This document shows, piece by piece, positions 14,058-27,369 of a DNA stretch of 64,000 nt (its first letter is position 1; each line of letters opens with the position of its first letter). This DNA comes from the human T2T-CHM13v2.0 reference genome, Homo sapiens: NCBI RefSeq assembly GCF_009914755.1, contig NC_060931.1; one strand, given 5' to 3'. Below the pieces are notes generated by a model that saw only the letters and a list, made by a program, of their open reading frames with translations, made no database searches and was not told the origin of the DNA. A program made the position numbers and the translations under genes.

Positions 14058-14261
14058 TCAGGAGTTTGAGACCAGCCTGCACAACATGGCAAAACCCCAT
14101 CTCTACTAAAAATACAAAAAATTAGCCAGGCATGGTGGCGGATGCCTGTAATCTCAGCTACTCTGGAGGTTAAGGCAGGAGAATTGCTTGAACCTAGGAT
14201 GTGGAGGTGGAACCTGGGCGACAAGAGAGAAACTCCATCTCAAAAAAAAAAAAAAAAAAAA
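14058..14261 (+). mobile_element. 5'-truncated, internally deleted Alu
   Basis: starts at tcaggagtttgagacc; right arm lacks the gcagtgagc...ctccag segment; A tail of about 20 nt. Confidence 0.93.
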
Positions 14262-14447
14262 TTATAGCAGTTGTTCAATATAGATAATATTTATACTTTC
14301 ATTTCTCTAATATTTGAGAAACATTCATAGACATAAATGCAGGAGTACCAAAATTGCTACACTGAACTTGACAAGAACTCAAGAAGCTGTGTTCATTATC
14401 TTGCATTACCCAACACTGTGGATCTTCCTTTAAAGATCTATAGAAAC

Positions 14448-14748
14448 GGCTGGGTTTATGCCTGTAGTGGCTTATGCCTGTAATCCCAGCACTTTGGGAG
14501 GCTAAGGCAGGTAAATTGCTTGAGCCCAGGAGTTTGAGACCAGCCTGGGCAACATGGCGAAACCCTGTCTCTACAAAAAATACAAAAATTAGCTGGTAAT
14601 ATGTGCCTGTGGTCTCAGCTACTCACGAGGCTGACACAGAAGGATGACCTGACCCTGGGGAGGTTGAGTCTGCAGTGAGCTGTAATTGCACCACTGAACT
14701 CCAGCCTGGGTGACACAGTGAGACTTTATCTCAAAAACAGAAAACAAA
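14448..14748 (+). mobile_element. Alu (AluJ-like)
   Basis: ttgcttgagcccaggagtttgag J-type motif; small ttatgcctgta duplication at the 5' end. Confidence 0.93.
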
Positions 14749-15004
14749 TCTATAGCAAAAACTAATAAGAGATTTGGAAAGCAAATAGTCTTTTAAATAT
14801 TGACATATAACATTTAGAAGAGTGATGTGTATATCTATCTATCTATCTACAGAACAAGTGGCTGAACATTTAATATAATATCTTTCCTTTTGCCTGAACA
14901 TGAAGGATTATTTATAAATAAATTTGGGGCAATATATGCAACAACTGTTTCTAAAGAAGTTTACACCAAACTGATTTCAGTGAAGTGGAAAGGAGGTGTG
15001 TTTC

Positions 15005-15058
15005 CTTGCACACTATTGGATTATCATTGTTCTTGCACACTATTGGATTATCATTGTT
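15005..15058. repeat. Perfect 27-bp tandem duplication
   Basis: cttgcacactattggattatcattgtt x2. Confidence 0.95.
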
Positions 15059-15462
15059 ACCATTGTTTTTGAAAAACATTAGTGAAAAATAACCAGGGAA
15101 TAAAGTGTTATCATGATTGTAGAAGTAAAACTACTCTCATCTTCCTTTCTATAGAGATAGAAAATGAAAACAAGTATCAAATGTAAATCATGATAAACTT
15201 TTGTCAGAATCAATCAATGGACATAAAGTTTCAGTCAAACAAGATTAATAAGGTTTAGAGGTCTGCAGTATAACACTGTACCTATAACCATTAAAAATGT
15301 ATTGTATGCTTAATATTTTGTTAACAGGGTAGATCACATGTTAAAAGTTCTTACTACAATAAAATAAAGTAATAAAAGAAAAATAAAACTGTAATAAGTT
15401 CATATTTAAGCACATGTACTAATGTTCTCATATCCTTTGACCTTACCTTAGCTCACATATAG

Positions 15463-15490
15463 AACACACACACCTACACACACACACACA
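15463..15490. repeat. Interrupted (CA)n, i.e. (UG)n in pre-mRNA, 8 nt into intron 13
   Basis: direct reading. Confidence 0.9.
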
Positions 15491-15498
15491 GAACTTAC

Positions 15499-15540
15499 CC
15501 GCTTTGAAGAAATCTCCATAGAAATAATAGGAACTGGATC
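15499..15540 (-). CDS. SEMA3E: SEMA3E exon 13 (42 nt), DPVPIISMEISSKR
   Basis: tttcag|GAT...CGG|gtaagt; phase 0-0. Confidence 0.95.
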
Positions 15541-16599
15541 CTGAAATTTTAAAAAAGTTTTCATTTTTAAGAAAACAGTATAAAAACATTTACCTTAATA
15601 TGGTTGTAAACCCCTGAAATTACATTACTTATATAAGTGGTTATGTGTTAAGTACTGTATAGCTTTCATTTTAGTAAACCAATATGCAAACACAATTAAA
15701 ATGCAGCTTTAAAAACTTGTTTCTAACAGGGTGGGCAGATATGCAGATGAGAAGAGCAGCAGGAAATCTAACCAGCTTACTGTTTGGAATATGATTTTTG
15801 AATTTGTATTTGAATATTACTTGCGCTTTGGAAACTCAAGTATCTTTAAATAAAATAATAAAGTCAGAATGTTCTATTAAAGTAATTGAGTCATTAAAAT
15901 GAAACCATTGTGTCTTTCAATAGGTGTTATTGCTAATAAACCAGGTGATTTTAATCATTTGAACCCAAACCTAAACAAAATATTTTTCTGTTGGAGTGAT
16001 CATGGTGAATCATAATTAACCCAGGATTCTTTGAATGAGATGAATAACCTGATTTTCTTAGAACTGCACCAGAGGAAGGACAATTTATACCATAGCTTTG
16101 GGAACCAACATGTTGTTTTTGGATTGTTAAGGCTAGTGCATCCCTAAGGAGCACAATAAACTCAGATCAGCTGTGCAAGTGGAAAACCACAAGACAGGTG
16201 AAATCCACTCTGGGGATGATTATCCTTTGAAAAGCTGTTTGTTAAGAGGGAACATTTGATCCTCTATGTCAGTGTTTTTTTATTTTTTATTTTTACTTTA
16301 AACTACAGAATCTTTATGCCTTCATACATTCACTCAGGCAACAATGTTTCTTAAGAGTTTTCATGGACAAAACACTGTGGTGAGTGAATATTAAACATAT
16401 TTCAGTTTATAACATGAAATGAAATCTTATGTAGAGTCCCAGAGTGCAAAATAAACAAAAGCATAGCTGCTCCGGTTGATATAGGATAGTGGTTAGCTTT
16501 GAGTGTGGCTCTAGGGAATCTGTGTTCTAGTACAGCAAAGGCAAAATGTACTGCTTCTCATTTATAAAGTCTTTTCACATCTACCCATCATAAACATAT

Positions 16600-17243
16600 A
16601 GAGCCAATCTTTGTTATTCACAGATTCTGTATTTGCAAATTAGCCTACTTGCTAAAATTAGTTGCAACCCCAATATCAAGATGTTCTGTGTTTTTAACTC
16701 ATGGGCACATGCATGCTCAGAGTAGCAAAAAACTTGAGTCACAGGACATGCACATTCCCAGCTGAGATGAAACAAGGTGTCACTCTGCCTTCTTGTTTCA
16801 GCTTTCATAGTGTAAATAAATATCTTTTTCATGGACTATGTAGTGCCAAGATTTTCACATGTCTGTGCTTTTTGTTGATGTTTTGTTTTTAAAATGGCCC
16901 CCAAGCATAGCGCTGAAGTGCTGTTTAATGTTCCTAAATTCAAAAAAGCTGTGCTGTGCCTTAACGTTGAAAACTCTTAGATAAGCTTCATTCAGGCATG
17001 GATTATCGTGCTGTCAGCTGTGAGTTCGATGTTAGTTCATCAGCAATATATATTAAATAAGGTGTCTTTAAACACAAACACACATAAAAGAAGGTTACGT
17101 ATTGATCTGTTGATAATTACGTTATAAATAGAAATTTGCTGGAACATAACCCTGTATTTCCCATGGGAGCAGTGGTCAGTATTCACTAGTTCAGTGTTAC
17201 AACAACTTTGAAGACCAAAACTGCTGCAAATGATACGACTTGA
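16600..17243 (+). mobile_element. MER82-like TcMar-Tigger non-autonomous DNA transposon
   Basis: matches recalled consensus along its length (ttattcacagattctgtatttgc...cccagctgag...aaatggcccccaagc...aaccctgtatttccc). Confidence 0.82.
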
Positions 17244-17340
17244 TGTGTGTGTGTGTGTGTGTGTGTGTGTATAAGTGCATATGTGCATTTATATATATAT
17301 GCACACATACATATGTGTATACACACATATATGTATACAC
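17244..17340. repeat. (TG)13 and TA/CA-rich simple repeat
   Basis: direct reading. Confidence 0.9.
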
Positions 17341-17839
17341 AGGTGCACCTATGTATGTTAAGTGTATCTGCATATGTAATTGTTTTTTCATGTCTTTTTT
17401 ATTATCATCTTCTATTGTTTTTCTTTTTTAGTAAATTATTTGTATAATTAATGCACTTAGTAAAAAGCAGTATGCTTATCTTGCCTCAATGTTCACAATA
17501 TGAAAATGTATTTTTTTTTGTCAGTATTGATAGTACATTTACAAGATGTGACTGTAATACTGGCTCTGAAAATTATATGTAGTATAAATGTTATTTCTTT
17601 ATAGTCACAGTTTATTCACTGAAATTCTTTCCATGCTGGGTAAATATTGATCTCTCAGTTGAAACGTCTGTAACAATCAAACAGATGCATTAGAATTTGA
17701 AATAATTCTTCACTTATATTAGCTCTGAATCCACAACATACCTGTTAGGGAAAAAAAAATGGACATAGTATCTTTCCTATTTACATCTCACTTGTAGTTG
17801 TAATGCATAAATTTGGTCTGTATTTTTTGCTTTAAATAC

Positions 17840-17931
17840 CTTGAATATCTGAAGTTCTTCTAGAATTACTTCTTCCATTGATTCCATTTCTTGGTTGTAA
17901 ATTGTGATTACTTTCAGCACAATTCCATTAT
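17840..17931 (-). CDS. SEMA3E: SEMA3E exon 12 (92 nt), D-NGIVLKVITIYNQEMESMEEVILEELQIFK
   Basis: ttacag|AT...AAG|gtattt. Confidence 0.96.
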
Positions 17932-18003
17932 CTGTAAGAAAACAAAACAAGAAATAAACTAGAATCTATGTCACAGTACGGTTTTCAAAAAAACCATGTA
18001 GCT

Positions 18004-18297
18004 GGCTGGGTGCAGTAGCTCATGCCTGTAATCACTTTGGGAGGCCAAGATGGGTGTATCTCTTGAGGTCAGGAGTTCAAGACTAGCCTGGCCAAGAAGG
18101 CAAAACCCTGTCTCTACTAAAAATACAAAAAAAATTAGCCAGGCATGGTGGTGGGCACCTGTAATCCCAGCTACTTGGGAGGCTGAGGAAGGAGAATTGC
18201 TTGAACCTGGGAAGCAGAGGTTGCAGTGGGCAAGATCATGACACTGCACTACAGCCTGGGGGACAGAGAAGCCTTCATCTAAGAAAAAAAAAAAAAA
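18004..18297 (+). mobile_element. Alu (AluS-like), about 72 nt from the exon 12 acceptor, antisense to the gene
   Basis: dimeric Alu. Confidence 0.96.
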
Positions 18298-19511
18298 GTA
18301 GCGACTATAAATTCAAATAAAATTTGAAATCCAGAGGCATGAAACATGTTAATCACTGTCAGTTTAAAATAATATGATTACTTATAAACTCATATTTTTA
18401 ATTAGCAAAATTAATTTTATATGCCTGGCCAAAAATGAGAGGAAATAATGATTTTTTCAAATAGTTTGATCCAAAAATCCAATCATAGATTCAAAAATCA
18501 AAATGTCTTTTGGAATTAATAAAACATAAGAGAGATGCCAAATTATTCTAGCTACTTTTTCTGTGATGCATGACGCAAGAAAATTTTTTTACCAAAAGCT
18601 ACTTTTATGGTACGAAACTATACCTTTAGTCTTAGGGAATATTCCAAGCAACACACTGTGAAACTCATCATATATATAAAACATACACATACATGCAAGC
18701 ACACACAGTTTTGGCAAGAAAAAAATCCAAGTATACACCATTGAGAGAAGTGTTTGTACCAGTCATTTAGTTTCCATAATTATCATTTATTTTTAAAGTT
18801 TATACTCATATTTTAAAATTCCATCTAATTTTTATCATTTCTGATATTCTGAACTTGTTCCTTCCTATAAAAATTTTAACAACACATTAATTTGCCTATA
18901 CAAATAATTTAGTATAATGCTGGACATAATAATTTAGAAAAAAAAGAACACTTTGAATTTCTTCTCTAAGAGTTTCTATGCTATTTCAGCAGTTTGTTGA
19001 AATATTATCAAGTCTTATGGATGAGATAATAAAACTGGATTATAATTAAGCTAATAACAGTTACCTGTATTGTACACTACCCAAAGGAAACAAAAATTAT
19101 CATCATTTTGAAAACAAAGCACACATATTAAATACTTGACAATTATATCAGGCAAAAAGCAAAGATAAGACTCAAATGATTAATTCGCAATTAGTGATTT
19201 TTTAATAAGGACCATATATGTATTGTATTAGAGCCGGTGTCTAGTAAATATTGGACAAAATATTATTTGTGGGATTTTTCAATGTTGTACCCATTTCATT
19301 CATTAAACATGTTCTTTTTTCTGAAAATCTGTGGTTCAATATGATGACACCTTTGACTTAAGCATGGTGTATATGGCAGCACAAATATATGCTTGATACT
19401 TCTGAAATTCTCTGGAATTACTTTGATCAATATGACAAGCAAGTATTTCTAAAAACATTCTTGGACTGTTATATGTGGCTTCTGCTTTCCAGGGCATTTA
19501 AAAATCACATA

Positions 19512-19590
19512 CTAGGTTGGTGCAAATTTATTGCAGTTTTTGCCATTAAAGTAACAGAAAAAAACCGCAATTACTTTTGCACCAAACTAA
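19512..19590. mobile_element. MADE1 (Hsmar1 mariner MITE)
   Basis: TA|ctaggttggtgcaaa...ttttgcaccaaactaa|TA; about 80 bp with TIRs and TA duplication. Confidence 0.92.
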
Positions 19591-19802
19591 TACTTTAATT
19601 ACTTTTATCAAATATTAGTATTGATTATGCAACTTTTAAAAATTTTGTTGGAAGTCACTATGAGTGAATTTATGGCCAAGTAATTTCAAGTTTGCTAAAG
19701 AAATCTGATGACACCGTTAATCATGAACCCACAGTGCTGAGCATATTATTAACATTAACTTCCTAAAATGAATGAATAAAATACAGCCTGTACCAGAGAT
19801 CA

Positions 19803-20300
<498 letters not shown>

Positions 20301-21229
20301 TTATATATCTATAATTAAAGTCATGTATGTTAGAATGCTCACTTCTCTAAAGATCAACTACTGTAGCAATTATACTATGCTGAATAAGAAGAAAGACAAT
20401 GAAAGAATCATTTTAAACACTTTAAAAATGACTAGGATTTTAAAACACTTCAAAGAATTTGCTACATACTACTTTGGAGGCTGAAAGATCTCAAGTCCTC
20501 TTCTACAAGTTAGATCTAATGTATGGGTTAATTGAAATTACAAATTTATTTGAAAATATCACTTGTAGCATATTTATCATACTTTGTTTTATTAATGCAG
20601 GATATTATTGGTAACATTTGGCCTGCTTGGTAGAAATGGTTGATCTTGATGTGAACTCATAAGAATTGCTGTGTTTAGAGATTTAGGTGAAGGTATTGTC
20701 CCAAGTTCCAAGTTGTTCACAAAATCTCCAGGACTCGCTGAGCAAAGTCAGTAATGGAGCTGGGAAACTGACAGAACTATTCTTGCTATGACACTCTACT
20801 TCCACTATGAGAACTTCTATTGGAAACCAACTTTGTTCATTAACGTCTATTATTCATTTCTTTACTTATTCATTTATTCTTATGCATGAAGTATTGATCA
20901 TGTATAAGGAATTTTGTGCTATGCAAGCCCCAAATCCTCTCTTTGTCAGCTTCAATATTTCTCACATCTGAAAAAAAACCACATATTTTGTTGGTCAAAC
21001 CATGACACTTCTGACAATGAAAGTGGTAATATTCCCAGACAACTGGCCTAAACTCTTACTATTGCAGCCACATGAGGTCTCTATTTCAATCTTTCTCATT
21101 TTGGATTAGCAGTGTGAAATTGTTTAACAGATGGACAGATTTGTCGATAGGTGCTTTTAGAAATATTATTAAAATTATTGAATTTAAGGGTCAATTTAAA
21201 TATCTCTGAGTACTTTCTCGTCTCTTTAC

Positions 21230-21452
21230 CTGTCCCAATAAACAAGACGTCATATTGGCCATCCTCAGCTTCCACTCGATCTACTGCTATTTGTTTCAGG
21301 TTATATTTTCCATCTGTTTTTACCAATATTGGTTTTTTATGGGCAGGTTTTATGGCCTGGTACATTAGTGGATGACTTCTTGCAAATCGGATGGCATCAT
21401 CAGGATAGTCCTTGGTGGTTCCGTATCTCCCTCCATTTACTTTGCTGGCACA
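21230..21452 (-). CDS. SEMA3E: SEMA3E exon 11 (223 nt), CASKVNGGRYGTTKDYPDD...GQYDVLFIGT-D
   Basis: tttcag|TGT...ACA G|gtaaag; lies within ORF 21096..21497. Confidence 0.98.
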
Positions 21453-21595
21453 CTGAAAAACAAGTGGATCAGATAATTCTTTTTGCTTTACACCCAAAGA
21501 GAAAATTTATAATCAATTATGAGAAGAATCAGAAAAATTGAAGTTGTCAAATTAGTCAATTGTGCATTTAGAAATATTTAGTAATCATATATTTT

Positions 21596-21801
21596 TCTTT
21601 TTTTTTAACTTTTATTTTAGGTTCAGAGGTACATGTCCAGGTTTGTTATATAGGTAAACTCATGTTGTTGTACAGATTATTTTGTCACCCAGGCACTAAG
21701 CCTAGTTCCCAATAGTTCTTTTTTCTGATCCTCTCCCTCCTCCCACCCTCTGACTTCAAGCAGGCCCCTACATCTGTTATTCCCCTCTTTATGTCCATGT
21801 G
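21596..21801 (-). mobile_element. 5'-truncated L1PA/PB 3' end with TSD
   Basis: poly-T then ttttattttaggttcagaggtacatg; TSD agtaa(t/c)catatatttt at 21580 and 21802. Confidence 0.9.
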
Positions 21802-23833
21802 AGTAACCATATATTTTTTGTTACAGAAATAGAATCTTCCTCAGAAATTGGAAAGGCTAAATTATTTCAAACATGCAGCACAAGATATACAGAGAAACTG
21901 GATAAATTCTGGAAAAGTGAAGTATAGTTACTATCAAGACTTTAGGGATGGTAAAAATGTTTAACATCATACATATTCAAATTATTTTCTCTGTTTTTGA
22001 AATTTGTTTTTTGTAATATAAGTTAAATTTTGAAGGGAAACAATCTATTGTTCATACAAAGAGAAGAAATCTCTTCGTTGTGTTGAAACTTCTAACTAAG
22101 GATCACAACTGTACAAAATAGCTTTACTACTACTGAGTCTATGATAATATGATCAGTGATGGTTCTGATTGGCTCACTGACTATAGAATTTTAGTGGTTC
22201 AACAAAAAAACCTATTCAGATGTTATCACTGTTAATTATCAATGGCAAAAAGACACCCTCTGTTTGCTGTAATCTACGTGAATTTGTATTTTTAATGGAT
22301 TTGACAAAATAAACTGGGAAAACAAGAAATATGTGTTATGTCAATTTTTAAACTACTGACTAAAAAATTAAATACTCAACAGTAGCTTAAGTTACTCATT
22401 GGAAAACCTTTAAATGTGTTGATTCATGCTTGTTAGTAACTGCTCCCTCATTTTACATATTTTCCTCCAGAACTACAACAATTGCAACGATTACCTTGAT
22501 AAAAATTTTCCACTTTAGAGTATAAATACAGTAGTTTAGTAATCAGATTCCACAAAGAGGACATTTATAATGGTGTGGTTTTTAAAATCAGACCATATTT
22601 CCTAATTTGGCATGGATTTTTCACTTGAGTGTACTTTCATGATATATAATTGGAAACATTTTGGACTAGCTTGGAAGCAGTTCCATAACCAGTCGCTTCC
22701 TCCAAATCTCCTTTAAGACCATGTGGTTTCAGGAAGCATTTCCAGCAAAGCCACAGGAGTAGGGTTTCTCCATTTAAAATTGTAATTTCAATCAATAGAG
22801 TGAAATAAAATATACTTTATGTCTTACTGGAAGTAATAATTTTAAGCTAGTGAGAGAGAGTGATTGAAATGGTAAAGCTTTAACACTTGTTAATGGAAGT
22901 AAGGTTTGTTTTCACTTTGGGTTTTTGCTCTACAAAAATGGTTTCTATTTGACTTGCAAGTAATCGTGGAATCAGTGTAGTGATGGGATTTCACCAGCTG
23001 CTTGTAAAAGTATAGATGTTGACTTGTGTGACAAGTTAAATCTTTGCTCTCCATAGCTCACATAGCACATACAATGATCCAAAGTTTTTCCAACCTAGTT
23101 GCACACAGGATGAATGATACAAAATCATCATCTCATCATCACCCTCACTATCATCATCAGTTTTAGCCATGTGTGCTAAAAGCACAAAAGACTTCATGCC
23201 TAGCTAAGAAGAATCTTAATAGTATAGTTCAGAGACAAGTGGTAGAACCTTTGTACTCTAGCAATACTTTTGTATTGGCATTTCTTTCCTAAGGGGCCAG
23301 CAAGGATGTTAAATGAGGTGCTAAGTATTCTGAGGAGATAGAGAAAAAAACTTCTTATAGATTTCCTACAATGAGAAGTAAGGAGACAGTTTGGCCTAGG
23401 GAAATTAGAGGCTAATTTAAATGTTAGAACATAAAAATTTGGTGACATTGTCCTGCTTGGAAATTATATGTGGTGCTAACTCCTCTGAAGAGGCTGAGAG
23501 GAATACGATGTTCATGTTACTGAATGTTTCTGTTTTCACCAGTACTTTTAAAAATAAAATTTCAATTGGTGTTACTTAGCCAAAATATCAATAATAGTAC
23601 ATATTTTATAATACTGCTGTGTCCATTATATATTATATTCTTTTTATTAAATAACAAGGATAAAACTTGAGATTTGAAGGGATATTTTTTTACTACATAT
23701 ACTTTTCACCAAGCATACTTTTAGGTATAGTATTCCTTAATTGTTTATCTGCAAAGTCTTATGAAACAGTGAACAAAATATTACCAAAAGTACACTTAAA
23801 AATAAGAATTATTTGTTATATAACTAAACTTAC

Positions 23834-23978
23834 AGAACCAGGCCTTGGATAAGGGACTTTTCCTTCATAGACTGACCAGTGGTATTCAGGTCCTTCCTTA
23901 TGTGCATATGGTCCGTTGAAGGCTGCCCGAATGCTAGACATGTGATAGACACATATAGCATGCCCTCGAAAAATATTA
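23834..23978 (-). CDS. SEMA3E: SEMA3E exon 10 (145 nt), S-NIFRGHAICVYHMSSIRAAFNGPYAHKEGPEYHWSVYEGKVPYPRPGS
   Basis: tttcag|T...TCT|gtaagt; semaphorin PYPRPG motif. Confidence 0.97.
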
Positions 23979-26651
23979 CTGAAAAATACAAAAAAGATAA
24001 TTATTCTTCTGGAACTAACTGCAGGTCATCTAGCCAAATACCCCAGCCTACAAAGATAAGAGTCAAGTCTTTTGGGTAAAGTGGTTGCAATTTCTTTAAG
24101 CAAAGAATATTCTAGGTATGTTAATTATTGCAATATTTCCAATTTTGAAACTCTGAAACTTACCATTTTCTTAACTGCCTACTTAATACACTTGAAGATG
24201 ACATTGTTACAATGACAAAAATAATGTTACTTCAGTTATTTTTAAACCTTGTGTTTTTATATTTTTTTATTAAGGATGATCTGGCCTTCATATTAACAAA
24301 GGCTTATTCCCAAGTTGAATTACTCATTTAGATATTATCTCCTTTTATGTTGTTCTATTTTCAAAGTAGACAGTGTCCTCTTACTCACTATGCTGTTAAT
24401 ATTGCTACAAATTCTATTAAGATGTATTAAGTTTCTTAATGTATATGACTTAAAGAACAATTTAAAGTCTTATGAAAATTTAGGCTTTTTTCCATTTTTT
24501 AGCGGGGGTTCATGTAGACTTTAATATGCTTGTATATTCCTTCCTCCAGTCACCACAAAGTGTCTTTAAAATTACTTTAACCATATAAAACTTAGATCCC
24601 TCATCTCCAGAACTAGCGGAAAGCAAAAAAATTTTCTTGATTAAAATTTCTACTTGACAGTATAAAGGCAGTAGTTGACTAACTGTGGCAAGTTTTATTG
24701 AAGATATTTGTAATCAGATTCTACAAAAGGACATTTTTAAAGATTTTTTTAAACATTCTTGCCATATTCCTTAATTTAGCATGAACTGAATGAATTATAA
24801 CATTATCAGAATCTCTGTATTGTAAGAATCCAAATAATTAATGTTTGTGAAAGTGTTTTGCAAAATTCAAAGTTCTATATAAATAAAGTTTCCTACATCC
24901 TGAGACACCTGTAAAACAGCAGTTATGTTACTGTCCTACACCCCCAATTTACACATTTTATAACACACCTTGAAGCAATTGGAAATGCCTGGGATACAGG
25001 GAACACTTGAGATAGTCTCCTAACTAAAGTGGTAGCACGCCTTTGATCACCATTCTACAAATATCAATCCTTATGTCAGGTAACAGCTGGGAAGCTTTTG
25101 TTCTCAGATTTATATAAATTGAACAGTCAAAATAGAAATTATAGAAGAAAATAATGTCTTATGCTTGATTTCTCAGAAAGATCCATTATGCTATCATTTA
25201 GGAAAATAGCTTATAATCTGATCATATTAACCCATAGAAAAACTAAACCGATTATTCCATAGCTTTAATTTATCATATAAATTCACTGAATTATCATGCA
25301 ACATATGAATTATTCACAGCATAAGGGAGGAGATGAAGTTAAAACGTTAAGTACTCTCCATGCGCTGTGATAACTACCAATCTACATTAACTATTTTTCT
25401 TTGCATCAAGGAATAATTGATAGACAAATTGTTTCCATGTTTCTCTGTTGAAGAAAAGGTCTCTTTGCAACAGCAGGATTCTTGTCTAAAGAGATGTATT
25501 ATTTTCTCTAAGTGAGCATTAGAAACCACCTACTGAAAAATAACAAACTAAAGCTGTGTGGAAAGACCCCACGTAAGCACACTATACATAATTATATGAC
25601 AGTTTATGGCTTATATGATGTAAAAGAGGAATTCAGTAATATTATTCTAGCCCTGTCAAGAGAATTGAGGTATATTCTTCTTTATTTTTTATCCTAATCA
25701 TTTTACCTGCACTATGCCTTACCTGGAAAGATACTCAGGAAATTGTCTATATAACCTTTTAACAAATACTGATTCTAATATTTTTATTTGTGTGTCAAAA
25801 TATATGAAATAATATTTTATCCATTTTTACAGCACTTTACTATGGGTTAAAAAAATACAGAAACATAAAGGGGAAAACAATAGATTATACATCTTAAACT
25901 TGAGCAGCAAATTTAAAAGATAGAGAGCAAATGATGAACGTGTTCACTATGAATCAACGTAAGAGCAGGAAAATCAGAATGAAAGAGTGAGAAGAGTGTT
26001 CTATGATTATGAAATCGAGAAATTTTTCTTGGATATGGCAATTGGTAAGTATTGGAGAACTGATTTAAATCAGTGTTGGAGGAGAAAGTTTTTTCAAGCA
26101 AGGTAAGTGAATAAATAAAAATACAGTAATGGGAACTAGCAAAGTAGACACTGATTGGCATCTGTCAAGGCATTATCTTGTCAAAATCAGACCATTAGTG
26201 AACTCACAGGGAAAATGTCCAAAGGCAAGTGAGTAACAGTTGAGATAGAACCTTGAAAGCCTGGCTTGGAAAATTCTATGTGATGAATAAAGGAATTATC
26301 CTAGACTTTACAACATATAATAACACATTGTAAGGACTGATATCTTACAAACTGTATGTGAAAAAAAAATCACTGTGTTCTAGATTACAGAGTGAAGATA
26401 TCAGGATACTGAGCACAGGAGGATTCTGGGTACTATAAACAGAAACAAGATTTGGATTTAGATTGAGCTTCTGAAAATGAAAGTACATTTGCAAACGTTG
26501 GAAAATAAAGATCAATTGGTGATTATAAAGTGTAGAAAATGAGAAGAGCAACTGGGTCAATAGTCTTTCAACTTATATACACCATGAAGGGAGAGTCCGG
26601 TGAGGCATCTCTTGTTCTATATTGTTTTTATTGACTGTATAAATTTCTCAC

Positions 26652-26721
26652 CTGGTAGTGTTAAAGAGTCCAAATATCACTGGATTCTTATGATCTCTGG
26701 TAGGTAGCAAAAAAACGTCCT
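26652..26721 (-). CDS. SEMA3E: SEMA3E exon 9 (70 nt), E-DVFLLPTRDHKNPVIFGLFNTT-S
   Basis: tttcag|AG...ACC AG|gtgaga; frame-consistent. Confidence 0.96.
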
Positions 26722-27135
26722 CTGAAAAATTAAAGGCCATTCCATCGCTTAGTATTTTTAGCTCTCTTTGCATGCAAAGAAAATTTATTCACCTAAATTT
26801 GTTTAGAACTCATTATAGATTTTGAGATGTGTATTTTCATATACAATCATACAACCATGACCAAGTCATAACAGAGCTAATCATTCAGCTATTCTGGGTG
26901 GCCTTGAGCTGAACAATAGGAAGGAACCAGACACTGACTCTAAGCTAACAAGATGAGCCTCTTTTTGTTCTTGCAATCCCTTTTCCCCCAGCATGCGTGC
27001 CTGGCCAAAATGAAAAGAACAGAAACTTGCTCTATGTTAGATAGAGGTCAAATACACAGAAAGCAAGTTTCTATGTGTCCTAGGGATAAAGTTATAAAGA
27101 AGCATATACATAAAAGAGCAAATTTAATTCACCTA

Positions 27136-27369
<234 letters not shown>

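Noticed and set aside
25700-25845. Two donor-like sites (CAG|gtaagg, CAG|gtaaaa) in intron 9
   Set aside because: Candidate acceptor is weak and the putative exon is extremely AT-rich; consistent with chance
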